Numbered from the stretch's first letter, positions 47,039 to 57,257 are shown. The stretch is DNA of 64,000 nucleotides from Candidatus Rokuibacteriota bacterium (GCA_044866005.1 JBIOTN010000175.1:1-64000), one strand, 5' to 3'. Notes: generated from the sequence alone by a model not told the origin. Numbers and translations: made by a program.

Positions 47039-47827
47039 TCAGTCGGCCAGCAGGCGGGCCAGCCCCTTGTCGCGGAGGAAGCGGCGGATCTCCGAGGCCG
47101 GGACGACGAACGTCTCCCCCGGCATCGGCACGTCGAACGAATAGGCGTTCCCCGCGAGCTGCAGCGACACGGTGGCGGTGCGGTAGCCCTCCACGATCCC
47201 GATGAGCCGTCCCCGACGCACCTGGAAGACGCCGCCGCCACTCGAGCCGTAGCCCACCGGCGCATCCACCTTCAGGAGCGGCTCGGATTGCTCGCCCTCC
47301 GCGGCGCTCACCGCGCCGAGCTGGCTCACGATCCCGCTGGAGACCGACAGCCCGCGGCCGAACGGCGAGCCGACGACGACCACGTCGTCGCCGAGCCGGA
47401 GGTGCTCCTCGCGATCGAAGCGCGCCGCCGGCAGCCGGATCCCGTCGAGCCGCACGACGGCGAGGTCCGTCCCTTCGTCGATCGCCTCGACCGCGGCGGG
47501 GGCGCGGTGGAGGGCCTGGTCCGGGCCGTGATAGCGGACGGTCAGGCGCGCGGCCTCCGCCGGCGTCCCGAGGACGACATGCCCGCTGGTGACGATGTAG
47601 CTGGCGGCCGTGGCGCTTCGCCGGGGTTCGGCGCCGGAGCCCACGACGACGCCGCTCGCGACGCGGATCGGCGCGTCGTCCCGCTCGTAGACGAGCTGGA
47701 CCATCGACGGCATGACCTGCTGGACGACGTCGGACTTGTTTGCAGGCGGCGGCGTGCGCTGGACGGCACAGCTCGAGACGATGACGAGCGCGAGAGAGAC
47801 GGCGGCGGATCGGAATGTGTTCGTCAT
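47039..47827 (-). CDS. Trypsin-like (S1) serine protease lipoprotein
   Basis: Lipobox-like VSSC, TSGHVV, DLAVV, GSSGGG; no PDZ. Confidence 0.9.
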   Translation of the reverse strand: MTNTFRSAAVSLALVIVSSCAVQRTPPPANKSDVVQQVMPSMVQLVYERDDAPIRVASGVVVGSGAEPRRSATAASYIVTSGHVVLGTPAEAARLTVRYHGPDQALHRAPAAVEAIDEGTDLAVVRLDGIRLPAARFDREEHLRLGDDVVVVGSPFGRGLSVSSGIVSQLGAVSAAEGEQSEPLLKVDAPVGYGSSGGGVFQVRRGRLIGIVEGYRTATVSLQLAGNAYSFDVPMPGETFVVPASEIRRFLRDKGLARLLAD

Positions 47828-47883
47828 GGCGCCCGATGGTAACCGGCGGCCGGGGCGATGACCATCGGGTGATCACCGGAGGG

Positions 47884-47922
47884 AAAAGCGCGAGGGGCGA
47901 CGCCCCGAGACGCCGCCCCTCG
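47884..47922 (-). terminator. Intrinsic terminator candidate
   Basis: CGAGGGGCG/CGCCCCTCG stem followed by a short T run on the - strand. Confidence 0.55.
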
Positions 47923-47958
47923 AGCCTGCGAGGTGCTGCGAGGTGAAGGATCGACGCC

Positions 47959-48570
47959 CTACTGCTTCTCGGCCTCGATCACGGTGACGAAGTTCTCGCC
48001 GTTCCTCACCTCGTACGCCGCCTTGACCTTCGCCCCTTCGCGGAGCTCGATCATGGTGGCCTTCTTGCAGTCCACGAGGATGCTCGAGCTCGGGTCGAGC
48101 TTGAGCTTCACGTTCTGGATCTCGAAGCTGCGGCCGCTCGGGTCGAGATTCTTGATCTCGCCCTCGACCCGCTGGGTCCCCGCCGAGCCGCTCGCGCTGC
48201 CCGTGGTCCCCGCGCCGCCGCTCACCGAGGGGTAGCTGCTGCTGGATCCCGCCGAGCCGCTCGCGCTGCCCGTGGTCCCCGCGCCGCCGCTCACCGACGG
48301 CGAGGTACTCCCGGCGCCGGACGCGCCGGCCCCGCTCGTCCCGCTCGACCCCATGGCCGCGCTCGACGGGCAGTCGATCGTTGCCATGTGTCCTCCGGCC
48401 GATCCGGACGCGCCGCCGCTCTGCGAGGCCCCGACCCCGCCACTCGAGCCCGGCGACTGGGCCGGACTCGGGGCGGGTGGCGACGTCGGCCCGGTCTGCT
48501 GCGCCCCGGACAGGGAAGCGACGCCTACCATCAGCCCGAGCACGAGGGTTACGGCCACGAGTTGTTTCAT
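47959..48570 (-). CDS. Secreted Gly/Ser-rich protein with small C-terminal beta-barrel (DUF5666/DUF1344-like)
   Basis: Signal peptide, low-complexity linker, VEG.I...D....LREG.KVK..Y; SD AAGGAG. Confidence 0.75.
   Translation of the reverse strand: MKQLVAVTLVLGLMVGVASLSGAQQTGPTSPPAPSPAQSPGSSGGVGASQSGGASGSAGGHMATIDCPSSAAMGSSGTSGAGASGAGSTSPSVSGGAGTTGSASGSAGSSSSYPSVSGGAGTTGSASGSAGTQRVEGEIKNLDPSGRSFEIQNVKLKLDPSSSILVDCKKATMIELREGAKVKAAYEVRNGENFVTVIEAEKQ
48179..48297. repeat. 50-bp exact direct repeat, 69-bp period, in frame (SVSGGAGTTGSASGSAG x2)
   Basis: 48179..48228 equals 48248..48297. Confidence 0.9.
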
Positions 48571-48662
48571 CTCGAAGCTCCTTTCTTCCACCTCCCGCGG
48601 GAGCATCCATGCAGGCGAGAGTGCCGCGACGACACTGCCGCGGAACCGGCGTCTCCCAGGGT

Positions 48663-48677
48663 GCAAAGCCGGTACCG
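48663..48677 (-). promoter_or_regulatory. sigma54 promoter candidate CGGTAC-CGGCT-TTGC
   Basis: GG-N10-GC with TTGCA. Confidence 0.5.
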
Positions 48678-48866
48678 GCAGACCGTCGCGGCGAAGCCGT
48701 CGATCCCGCGCGGGATTCCCCCGGGCGGGTCCGCGCACCCTGATGCCGGGTCATACACCGGCAGACCGGGCCCGACACCGCCCGGGGGACGAGGACGTCC
48801 GGGCGGCTGCCGTTGACCCCGACCCGCGCGAAATGCTTTGATGGCGGAGGCCAGCGAGGGGGATCC

Positions 48867-49088
48867 GTGCTCGACGCCGTCACGCTGAAGGAGATCGAGG
48901 CCATCTTCGCGGTCACCGACGCGCTGGGGATTTCGCGCGAGGCGCTCGTGATCCCGCTCGCCCCCGGTCGGCCGGGCCGCGTGCGGCGTCTGCCGAGCGG
49001 CAAGCTCGAGATCGTGGTCGACGCGGACGTGCCGCTCGCCGAGTGGCTGACGGGGCTTCCCGCCCTGATCGACGCGGCGCGGGCGTGA
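48867..49088 (+). CDS. Small hypothetical protein coupled to addB
   Basis: SD GAGGGG, protein-like composition, GTGA overlap with addB. Confidence 0.7.
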   Translation: MLDAVTLKEIEAIFAVTDALGISREALVIPLAPGRPGRVRRLPSGKLEIVVDADVPLAEWLTGLPALIDAARA

Positions 49089-52000
49089 ACCGCCCCGCCC
49101 GCCGCGCCGCGCGCGGGCCCGAGCCGCGCCACCCGTCCCGGACGGAGGCCTCGACGCGGAGCGTTGCGGCCCTGCCGGCGAAGACGGCGTGGACCGGGCC
49201 GTTCCAGCCCGTGCTCGAGGCGGCCTGGCTCGACGCGCTCCGCGCGGTGCGCGCGCGCGATCCGCTGGGCGCCGTCTGGCTGCTGGTGCCCTCGCGCTTC
49301 CTCGGTCTCCACCTGGCGCGGCTCGCCGCGCGCGCCGGCGGCGCCGTCAACGTCCACGTCCTCACCTTCACCGACCTGGCCGACCGCCTCCTCGCATCCG
49401 CCACCCGGCCGCTCCGCCGCCTCCCCGAGGTGGGGGACGTGCTCGTCCTGCGCCAGGCCCTCCGCGCCGTCGTCCGCGACGACGGCTACTTCGCCGCCGT
49501 TCGCGAGGCGCGACGCTTCCCCGCGCTCCTGGCCGCCACGCTGGCCGAGCTGCGCACGGCAGGGGTCGCGCCCGACGACCTCGAGGCCGCCGCCGCGAAG
49601 GCCGTGACCGTCGCCGGCGCGGCGAAGCTCCGTGAGGTCGCGCAGATCGCGCGCCACGCGGCCGAACTGCTCGGCGCCGGCGGGTTCACGCACCCCACGG
49701 ACGCCCTCTGGGCCGCGGCCGAGCGCGCGCCGAGGGCGCCGGCGCTCGAGGGCTGCGCGGCCCTCCTGGTGTACGGGTTCGTGGACTGGAACGCGGCCGA
49801 GCGCGCCCTGCTCGCCCGCCTCGTCGCGCGACTCCCCGGCGTCTGCTTCGTGCCCGCGGAGCCCGGTCCGGCCTTCGCCCCGCTCGAGCCGCTCCTCGCC
49901 TGGCTCGCCGACCAGGGGTTCACCATCGAGCCTCCGCCGACCGCGCCCCCGCCGCGCGGGCCACGGGCCCTCGCCGCGCGCCTCTTCCACGAGGCCGGGA
50001 CCGCGCCGCCGGCGCCCGATCCGGTCACGGGGCTCGAGGTGATCGCGGCGCCCGGCGAGGAACGCGAGGTCCGCGAGATCGCGCGCCGCATCCTCGCGGC
50101 CGCGGCCGAGGGGATCCCGTTCGACGCGATGGGCATCCTCGTGCGACGCCCCGACGACTACCGCAGCGCGATCCGCGACGTCTTCGCCGTGGCGGGCATC
50201 CCCTACACCTGGGGCGTGGCGCCGCGCCTGGGCGAGACGCGCGCCGGGCGGAGCCTGCGACTCCTGCTCCTGGCACGGCGCGACGGCTTCGGGCGCGCGG
50301 CGGTCATGGAGTTCCTGGCGACAGCCGAGCTGCGGGCCGGCGAGGGGGTGGAGCCGGCCGAGTGGGACCGGCTGTCGCGCGAGGCGGGGATCGTCGCCGG
50401 CCGCGAGGACTGGCGGCGCGGGCTCGGGCGCCTCCGTCACCGGCTCGCGACGGCGCCGCCGCCGGCCGATGACGAGGACCGCGTGGCGCCCCCGCCGCCC
50501 GACGCGACGGCGGTGGACGCCCTCGGCCGCATCGTCGGAACGCTCCTCGACGCGCTCGCGACGCTGTCCGACCCGGCCCCCGCGGCCACGCTCGCGCGCG
50601 GCCTCCTCCGGGCCTTCCTCCGCTTGTGCCGGCGCGACCACGATGTCGAGCAGGTCGCCGCCGGGCTGGCCGGCTTCGAGGCGCTCGCCCCGCTCGCAGA
50701 GCCCATCTCGCTCGACGAGTTCGCGGACCTCGTGGACGTGGCGCTCGCGCTCCCCGCCGAGCCGGGACCCGAGGCCCGCCAGGGCAAGGTCTTCGTCGGC
50801 GAGCTCCACCAGGCGCTCGGGTTGCCCTTCCGCTTCGTCGTGATCCCCGGGCTCGTGGAGCAGGGCTTCCCCGCCGCGCCCCGGCCGGACCCCATCCTCG
50901 CCGAGGACGAGCGCGCGACGCTCGACGCGCAGGTCCCGGGCGGACGGCCCGGCCTCGGCGCCGCGGCCCGCCGGCCGGCCGAGGAGCGCCTCGCCTTCCG
51001 GCTCGCGGTCGCGGCGGCGGAGGAGCGACTCCTCCTCACCTACCCGCGGGTCGAGGTGCCGTCCGGGCGGCCGCGCGTCCCGTCCTTCTTCCTCCTGCGG
51101 CTCGCGGAGGCCGCGACGGGACGGCCCTTCGACTTCTCGCGCCTGGAGACGGAATGGCCCGCGTTCCGCCGCGTCGCGCTCGCGCCGGCGCCGCGCGAAG
51201 CGATCGCCGCGCCCATCGACGAGCGCGAGTGGCTGCTCGCGCAGGCGAGCCGCGGCCGGGAGGGCGGCGCGCGGGGGCGCGCGGCCTGCCTGGCGCTCTC
51301 GCCGCGCGCGGCGCGGGGCCGCGTCGTGCTCGAGGCGCGCGAGCACGGCCTCGTCGTCAGCCCCTGGGACGGCCTCCTGCCCGCCGAGCTTCGCCCGGCG
51401 CTGGCGCGTCACCACCGCCCCGCGGAGGCGCCGGTAGCCGCGACGCCGCTCGAGACCTACGCGACGTGCCCCTTTCGCTACTACCTCGCGCACGTGCTGG
51501 GCCTGGCCCCCGCACGCGAGCCCGAACGGCTGCTCACGCTGCCTCCGGCCGACCGCGGCCGGCTGCTCCACACGGTCCTCGCCCGCGCTTACGCCGCGTT
51601 CCGCGACGGGGGCCTCCTGCCGCTCACCCCCGAACGCCTGCCCGAGGCGCGGCCGATCGTCGAGCGCGCCTTCGACGAGGCCGAAGCCGCCCTCGGCGCG
51701 CTCGGTCTGGCGCCCTTCTGGCAGGGCGAGCGCGCGCGGCTCCGCGCCGACGTCCTCGCCGCGCTCGAAGCCGAGGCGCGCGCCACGGCGGATGGCGTCG
51801 GCTGGGTCCCCAGCGAGTTCGAGCTCGCCTTCGGCGCGGGTCCGGAGCCGGGGGTCGAGCACCGGCTGGCGAGCGGCCGCGTCCTCGGCTTCCGCGGGCG
51901 CCTGGACCGACTCGACGTCTCGGCCGACGGGACGCGCGCGCGGGTCATCGACTACAAGTCCGGCCGGGCGCGCGGCGCCGCCGGGAAGCTCGCCGGCGGG

Positions 52001-52360
52001 ACCGCGCTGCAGCTGCCGATCTATCGCCTCGCCGCGGAGGCGATCTGCGAGGCCCGCGGGCTCGGCGCGCGCGTCGAGCGGGCGGAGTACTACTTCCTCA
52101 CGCGTCGGGGCGGGCGCCGGCACGTGCCCTTCGGCCTCGAGGACTGGCAGGCACGCCGCGCGGACTTCGACCGCGCGCTGGAGGCGGTCCTGGACGGCAT
52201 CGCGGCCGGGCGTTTCTTTCAGGAGCCGAGCGCCGAGAGCTGTCGCGCCTGCGACTACCCGGTCGCGTGCGGGCCGGAGCGGGAGCGCATCGCCTGGGTC
52301 GAGCAGAAGCGCGCCGATCCCGTCCGGGAGCCGTTCGCGCGCCTCCGGGAGATCCAGTGA
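49085..52360 (+). CDS. addB: AddB-like helicase/nuclease subunit (PD-(D/E)XK, Fe-S cysteines)
   Basis: CPFRYY, RG.LLH, GRLDRLD, VIDYK, LQL.IY, C..C.Y...C. Confidence 0.88.
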   Translation: MNRPARRAARGPEPRHPSRTEASTRSVAALPAKTAWTGPFQPVLEAAWLDALRAVRARDPLGAVWLLVPSRFLGLHLARLAARAGGAVNVHVLTFTDLADRLLASATRPLRRLPEVGDVLVLRQALRAVVRDDGYFAAVREARRFPALLAATLAELRTAGVAPDDLEAAAAKAVTVAGAAKLREVAQIARHAAELLGAGGFTHPTDALWAAAERAPRAPALEGCAALLVYGFVDWNAAERALLARLVARLPGVCFVPAEPGPAFAPLEPLLAWLADQGFTIEPPPTAPPPRGPRALAARLFHEAGTAPPAPDPVTGLEVIAAPGEEREVREIARRILAAAAEGIPFDAMGILVRRPDDYRSAIRDVFAVAGIPYTWGVAPRLGETRAGRSLRLLLLARRDGFGRAAVMEFLATAELRAGEGVEPAEWDRLSREAGIVAGREDWRRGLGRLRHRLATAPPPADDEDRVAPPPPDATAVDALGRIVGTLLDALATLSDPAPAATLARGLLRAFLRLCRRDHDVEQVAAGLAGFEALAPLAEPISLDEFADLVDVALALPAEPGPEARQGKVFVGELHQALGLPFRFVVIPGLVEQGFPAAPRPDPILAEDERATLDAQVPGGRPGLGAAARRPAEERLAFRLAVAAAEERLLLTYPRVEVPSGRPRVPSFFLLRLAEAATGRPFDFSRLETEWPAFRRVALAPAPREAIAAPIDEREWLLAQASRGREGGARGRAACLALSPRAARGRVVLEAREHGLVVSPWDGLLPAELRPALARHHRPAEAPVAATPLETYATCPFRYYLAHVLGLAPAREPERLLTLPPADRGRLLHTVLARAYAAFRDGGLLPLTPERLPEARPIVERAFDEAEAALGALGLAPFWQGERARLRADVLAALEAEARATADGVGWVPSEFELAFGAGPEPGVEHRLASGRVLGFRGRLDRLDVSADGTRARVIDYKSGRARGAAGKLAGGTALQLPIYRLAAEAICEARGLGARVERAEYYFLTRRGGRRHVPFGLEDWQARRADFDRALEAVLDGIAAGRFFQEPSAESCRACDYPVACGPERERIAWVEQKRADPVREPFARLREIQ

Positions 52361-55300
52361 GGGCCCCGGGCCGGCCTCCCGGCCGCGGACAACTGCCCGA
52401 CGAGGCGGCCCGCGTGCGCGCCACCACCGATCTCGACACCTCGCTCCTCGTCGAGGCGCCCGCCGGGAGCGGGAAGACCACCCTCCTCGTCGCCCGCATC
52501 CTCGCCTGGCTCATGAGCGGCCGCGCCCGCCTCTCCCAGATCGTGGCCATCACGTTCACCGAAAAGGCGGCGGCCGAGCTCCGCCTGCGCGTCCGCGAGA
52601 GCGTGGAGGCGGCGCGGCGCGCGGCCCCGCCCGCCGAGCGCCCGGTCCTCGACCAGGCGCTGGCCGACCTCGACCTGGCGCCGATCCGGACGATTCACGG
52701 CTTCTGCGGCGATCTCCTCCGCCAGCGGCCGGTCGAGGCCGGCGTGGACCCCGGCTTCGCCATCGCCGACGCGCTCGGCGCCGGGCTCGCGTTCGAGGAG
52801 ACGTGGGAGCGGTGGCTGGAGGAGGCCGTCGCCGGGGCGCCGCCCGCGCTCGCGGAGGCCGTGGCGCTCGGGGTCTCGGTCGAGACGCTGCGGGCCCTGG
52901 CGCGCGCGATGCTCGAGGACCGCGAGCTCCTCGACGGGCTCCCCGGACCGCGCCTGGAGGACACGGCGGCGCTCAACCGCGAGGTCCGCGCGCGGCTGCC
53001 GGCCTTGCTGGCGAGCGCGCCGCCGAGCGCCCGCGCCGAGCGCGACCGGCTCGTCCAGCATCTGGGAGAGCTGGCCGCGTGGGTCCGGCAGACCGATCCC
53101 TTGCCGGACGCCGAGCAGGTGACGGCCGTCCTCACCGAGCTGCCGTTCCGCAAGGTCGCGCACCTCGGGACCCAGACCGCGTGGGGACGCGAGCGGATCG
53201 CGGACGTGCGCCGGGAGCTCGCCGAGCTGACGGACCGCGTCGCCGCGGCGCGGACGATCCGCCTCCACAACCTCGCGGCGACCCTCGGCGGCTGGCTTCG
53301 CGGCTTCACCGCCGTCTACGAGGAGCGCCTGCGACGGGGCGGCGCCCTCGACTTCCACGGCCTGCTCGCGCGCGCCCGCGACCTCGTGCGCGACCGGCCC
53401 GACGTGCGGCGCGACTTCCAGCAGCGCTACCGGACGATCCTGGTCGACGAGTTCCAGGACACGGACCCGCTCCAGGTCGAGATCGCCTTCTTCCTGGCCG
53501 AGGACCCCGCGAGCCCGCCCGCCGCGACGTGGGAGGCCGTCCGGCTCGCGCCCGGCCGCCTGTTCGTCGTCGGCGACCCCAAGCAGTCCATCTACCGGTT
53601 CCGGCGGGCCGACATCGAGACGTACGAGCGCGCCCGGGAGCGCATCGCCGCGCAGGGCGACGTCCTCATGCTGACGACGAACTTCCGCTCGGTCGGGCGG
53701 CTCCTCGACGCCGTGAACCGAACGTTCGCCGATCAGATGCAGCCGCCGGACGACGGCCGCTACCAGCCCGCCTACGCGCCGGTGGCGCGGGCGCCCGACA
53801 CGCCCGAGGGCGAGGGGCCGCTCCTGCTCGAATGGCCCGCGGACGCGCCCCCGTCGCCCGCCGCCGGCGCCGACGACCGCCGCGCCCGCGAGGCGGCCGC
53901 CCTGGCGCGTCTCGTCGCGCGCGCCGTGGCGGAGGCGGCGTGGCCCGTGCGCGAGCGTCAGGGCGGCACGACGCGGCCCGCGACCTTCGGTGACGTGGTG
54001 TGCCTGTTCCGCACCTACGTCGGCGTCGCGACGTACGAGGAGGCCTTCCGCGCGGCGGGGGTGCCCTTCCGCACGCTCGGTGGCCGCCAGTACTACGAGC
54101 GCTCCGAGGTCGGCTGGGCGCTCGCCGCGCTCGCCGCGATCGAGGACCCCTACGATCCGGTCGCGCTGGTCGCGGCGCTCCGCTCGCCCTTCTTCGGTGT
54201 CCCGGACGGCGCGCTCCTCGCGCACGCGGCGGCGGGCGGGCGCTTCTCCTACCTGGCCCCGCTCCCGGCCGAGGCCGACCCCGGCCTCGCGGAGGGCTGG
54301 CGGCTCCTGCGCGAGCTCCACGGCCGCCGCACGCGCGAGAGCCCGGCCGCCGTCGTGGAGGCGCTCTACGCCGAGACGGAAGTGCTCGCCACCTACGCCC
54401 TCGACCCGTTCGGCGACCAGCGCGTGGCGAACCTCCTGCGGATCATCGACACCGCGCGCGGCCTCGAGGCGGCGGGCCGGCCGACCTTCCGCGCGCTGAC
54501 GCGCTGGCTCGGCGCGCAGACCACCGGCGGCTACGAGGAGAGCGAGTCGCCGGTCGCCGAGGAGGGCGACCAGGTCGTCCGCTTCATGACCGTCCACGCG
54601 GCGAAGGGTCTCGAGTTTCCGGTCGTGATCGTGCCGGATCTCGACTGGGACCGCGCGCCCCGGACGCCGCCGCTGCTGGTGGACCGCCGCGCCGAGGGCG
54701 CGACCCTCGGCGTCTCGCTGGGCAAGGCCGGGGAGTTCCGCGTGGAGACGGAGAACCTCGCCGCGTTCCAGGAGCGCGAAGCGCGGCGCGCCGAGGCCGA
54801 AGCGCTGCGGCTCTTCTACGTCGCCACGACCCGCGCGCGCGACCACCTCGTCCTGCCGCTCCTCTTCGCCGAGCCGCGCGGCTTCGCCGGCTTCTGCGCC
54901 CCCCTCTGCGACCCGGCGTGGGACGGCGCGCGGCGCGTCGCCCTCCAGGCGGCGGACGTGGCCGCGGCGGCGGGCGGGGACGCGCCCGAGGCGGTGGGCC
55001 AGGCGGCGGACGCGCTCGTGCCGCGCGCGGTGTGGGCCGCCGCGCGGGCGCGCGTGCTCGCGCGCGGCGCGACGGCGGCGACCGTCGTGCACCCGGGCAG
55101 CCGCCCGGCCGCCGCGGCGGACGGCGCCGGCCGGCGGCTCGGCGCGCTCGTGCACCTCGCCCTCGCGCTCGCCGAGCTCCAGGCGTCGGAGGGCGCGGCG
55201 GCCGCGGTCGAGGCCGCGGCGGGACGTCTCGGCGAGCGGGGCGAGCGCGTCGCGCTGGCCCGGCGACTCGTCGCGCGCGCGCTCGCCTCGCCGCCCTACC

Positions 55301-55575
55301 GGCGGGCGGCGACGGCGGCCCGCGCCTCCCGCGAGGTGCCCGTGGCCGCCGTCGTCGACGGCCAGCTCGTCGAAGGGGTCGTGGACCTCGTGTTCGAGAG
55401 CGTCGCGGGTCCGGTCGCCGTGGAGGTCAAGCTGGCGCCGGCCGACGCGGCGGCGCGGGGCCAGCTCGGCGCGTACTGCCGCGCCCTGGCGGCCGGCGGC
55501 TTGCCGGTCGCGGAGGCGTGCCTGCTCGTGCTCGCGCCCGACCGCGCGGAGCCGATCCCCGTCCCCGTTCGTTGA
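52357..55575 (+). CDS. addA: AddA-like UvrD helicase/nuclease subunit
   Basis: EAPAGSGKT, ITFTEKAA.EL, VDEFQDT, VGDPKQSIYRFR, TVH.AKGLEF, YVA.TRAR. Confidence 0.93.
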   Translation: MRAPGRPPGRGQLPDEAARVRATTDLDTSLLVEAPAGSGKTTLLVARILAWLMSGRARLSQIVAITFTEKAAAELRLRVRESVEAARRAAPPAERPVLDQALADLDLAPIRTIHGFCGDLLRQRPVEAGVDPGFAIADALGAGLAFEETWERWLEEAVAGAPPALAEAVALGVSVETLRALARAMLEDRELLDGLPGPRLEDTAALNREVRARLPALLASAPPSARAERDRLVQHLGELAAWVRQTDPLPDAEQVTAVLTELPFRKVAHLGTQTAWGRERIADVRRELAELTDRVAAARTIRLHNLAATLGGWLRGFTAVYEERLRRGGALDFHGLLARARDLVRDRPDVRRDFQQRYRTILVDEFQDTDPLQVEIAFFLAEDPASPPAATWEAVRLAPGRLFVVGDPKQSIYRFRRADIETYERARERIAAQGDVLMLTTNFRSVGRLLDAVNRTFADQMQPPDDGRYQPAYAPVARAPDTPEGEGPLLLEWPADAPPSPAAGADDRRAREAAALARLVARAVAEAAWPVRERQGGTTRPATFGDVVCLFRTYVGVATYEEAFRAAGVPFRTLGGRQYYERSEVGWALAALAAIEDPYDPVALVAALRSPFFGVPDGALLAHAAAGGRFSYLAPLPAEADPGLAEGWRLLRELHGRRTRESPAAVVEALYAETEVLATYALDPFGDQRVANLLRIIDTARGLEAAGRPTFRALTRWLGAQTTGGYEESESPVAEEGDQVVRFMTVHAAKGLEFPVVIVPDLDWDRAPRTPPLLVDRRAEGATLGVSLGKAGEFRVETENLAAFQEREARRAEAEALRLFYVATTRARDHLVLPLLFAEPRGFAGFCAPLCDPAWDGARRVALQAADVAAAAGGDAPEAVGQAADALVPRAVWAAARARVLARGATAATVVHPGSRPAAAADGAGRRLGALVHLALALAELQASEGAAAAVEAAAGRLGERGERVALARRLVARALASPPYRRAATAARASREVPVAAVVDGQLVEGVVDLVFESVAGPVAVEVKLAPADAAARGQLGAYCRALAAGGLPVAEACLLVLAPDRAEPIPVPVR

Positions 55576-55656
55576 TTTCCGACGCCGTGGGGCCGTATGC
55601 TTCGGGGGGGTTTGGGATAGCCTCGCGGATGGCACCGCCGCCGTCTGGCCCGCGTC

Positions 55657-55719
55657 CGAGCGGCGGCTCTGCCGCCGCCACCGAGGGGGGAATCGGGGGG
55701 GTCTTCCCGGACCCCCCGA
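55657..55719 (+). repeat. Two-hairpin REP-like repeat, copy 3
   Basis: CGAGCGGCGGCTCTGCCGCCGC...TCGGGGGG..CCCCCCGA. Confidence 0.75.
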
Positions 55720-55738
55720 GACAGCTCCGGAGGCGACC

Positions 55739-57085
55739 ATGAGCAAGCAGGTCATCCAGTCGAGCGTCCTCTACCGCGACCTCAAGCGCGAGTACCCCGT
55801 CATCGTCCGCGGCGAGGGCGTGTACCTCTGGGACGCGGACGGCAAGCGCTACCTGGACGGGTCGGGCGGCTCCTCCGCGGTGACCTCGATCGGGCACGGC
55901 GTGAAGGAGATCGCCGACGCCATGGCGGCCCAGGCGCGCAAGGTCGCGTTCGTCCCCATGCACCTGTTCACGAGCGAGCCGCTGCCGGCGCTGGCCGAGG
56001 CGGTCGCGAAGTTCGCGCCCGCCGACCTGAACAAGGTCTGGTTCGTCTCGGGCGGCTCCGAGGCCACCGAGAACGCCGCGAAGCTGGCGCGCCAGTACTG
56101 GCTCGAGCGGGGGCAGCCGTCCAAGTCCATCGTGATCGGGCGCTGGCAGTCATTCCACGGGAACCTCTTCGACTCGCTCGGCTTCGGCGGCCACACCATC
56201 CGGCGGCGAAAGTACGTGCCGATGCTGCAGGAAGGGAGCCACCTGCCGCCGATGTACTGCTACCGCTGCCACTTCAACCTCACCTATCCCGCCTGCGAGA
56301 CCTACTGCGCCGACTACCTCGAGCGGCTCATCCGGATGCAGGGTCCGGAAAACGTCGCCGCGTTCATCGCCGAGCCGGTCGTGGGGGCGACGCTCGGCGC
56401 CGTCCCGCCGGTGCCCGAGTACTTCCCGAAGATCCGCCAGATCTGTGACCGGTACGAGGTCCTCTTCATCGCGGACGAGGTGATGACCGGCTTCGGGCGC
56501 ACCGGCGCGAACTTCGCGGTCGACCACTGGGGGGTCGTCCCCGACCTGATCGCGACGGCCAAGGGCATCTCCGGCGGCTACATCCCGCTCGGCGCCGTCA
56601 TCGTGCGCGACGAGGTCTTCGCGGCGTTCGAGCGAAACCAGTCGAACTTCGTGGGCGGCCACACCTACACGGGGCACCCGGTGGCCGCGGCCGTCGGGCT
56701 GGCCGTTCTCCGCTACATCGAGGCCCACGACCTGGTGCGCAACGCGCGCGAGGTGGGCGCGCACCTCCTGGCCGGTCTCACCCGGCTCATGGCCAGGCAC
56801 CCGATCATCGGCGACGTCCGAGGGCTCGGCCTCATGGTCGGGCTCGAGTTCGTCGCCGACCGCCGGACCCGCGCCCCGTTCCCGCCGGAGCGCGAGGTCG
56901 CCCGGGCCATCGCCCTGGAGGCGCTCGACCGCGGCCTCGTCACCTATCCCGGCACGGGGTCCGTGGACGGGATCCTGGGTGACCACATGAAGTTCACCCC
57001 ACCCCTCGTGCTCACGCGCGCGCAAGCCGACGAGCTCGTGGCGGCCCTCGACGCGGCGATCGCGGCCGTCGAGGCGCGGCTTTAA
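55739..57085 (+). CDS. Class III PLP-dependent aminotransferase
   Basis: G.GVYL.D.DGKRYLD, SGGSEA.E, FHG, IADEVMTGFGRTG, AKG. Confidence 0.95.
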   Translation: MSKQVIQSSVLYRDLKREYPVIVRGEGVYLWDADGKRYLDGSGGSSAVTSIGHGVKEIADAMAAQARKVAFVPMHLFTSEPLPALAEAVAKFAPADLNKVWFVSGGSEATENAAKLARQYWLERGQPSKSIVIGRWQSFHGNLFDSLGFGGHTIRRRKYVPMLQEGSHLPPMYCYRCHFNLTYPACETYCADYLERLIRMQGPENVAAFIAEPVVGATLGAVPPVPEYFPKIRQICDRYEVLFIADEVMTGFGRTGANFAVDHWGVVPDLIATAKGISGGYIPLGAVIVRDEVFAAFERNQSNFVGGHTYTGHPVAAAVGLAVLRYIEAHDLVRNAREVGAHLLAGLTRLMARHPIIGDVRGLGLMVGLEFVADRRTRAPFPPEREVARAIALEALDRGLVTYPGTGSVDGILGDHMKFTPPLVLTRAQADELVAALDAAIAAVEARL

Positions 57086-57087
57086 TT

Positions 57088-57174
57088 TCGGCGGGGGCCT
57101 CGGACGGCCTCTCCGATGCCTCCCCCGACTCCGCTTCGGGCTGGGTGAGTGGGCCGGCGGCGAGCCGCCGCTCG
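57088..57174 (-). repeat. Two-hairpin REP-like repeat, copy 4 (with insert)
   Basis: Shares the CCCAGCCCGAAG insert with copy 5. Confidence 0.75.
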
Positions 57175-57257
57175 AAGCGCTTCGGTGGAAGCGGGAGCGA
57201 GAGACGACGCGTGGCGGCCTTGATCAGGGTCCGCTGGGGACGGGCGGGAGGCGCGGC

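Noticed and set aside
49085..55575. Helicase-nuclease pair as an anti-phage system
   Set aside because: Order, size and motifs fit housekeeping AddAB
881..55755. Many long antisense ORFs (e.g. 881..3550, 8885..11710, 47873..52123, 52255..55755)
   Set aside because: They mirror well-supported genes on the other strand and carry no recognisable motifs
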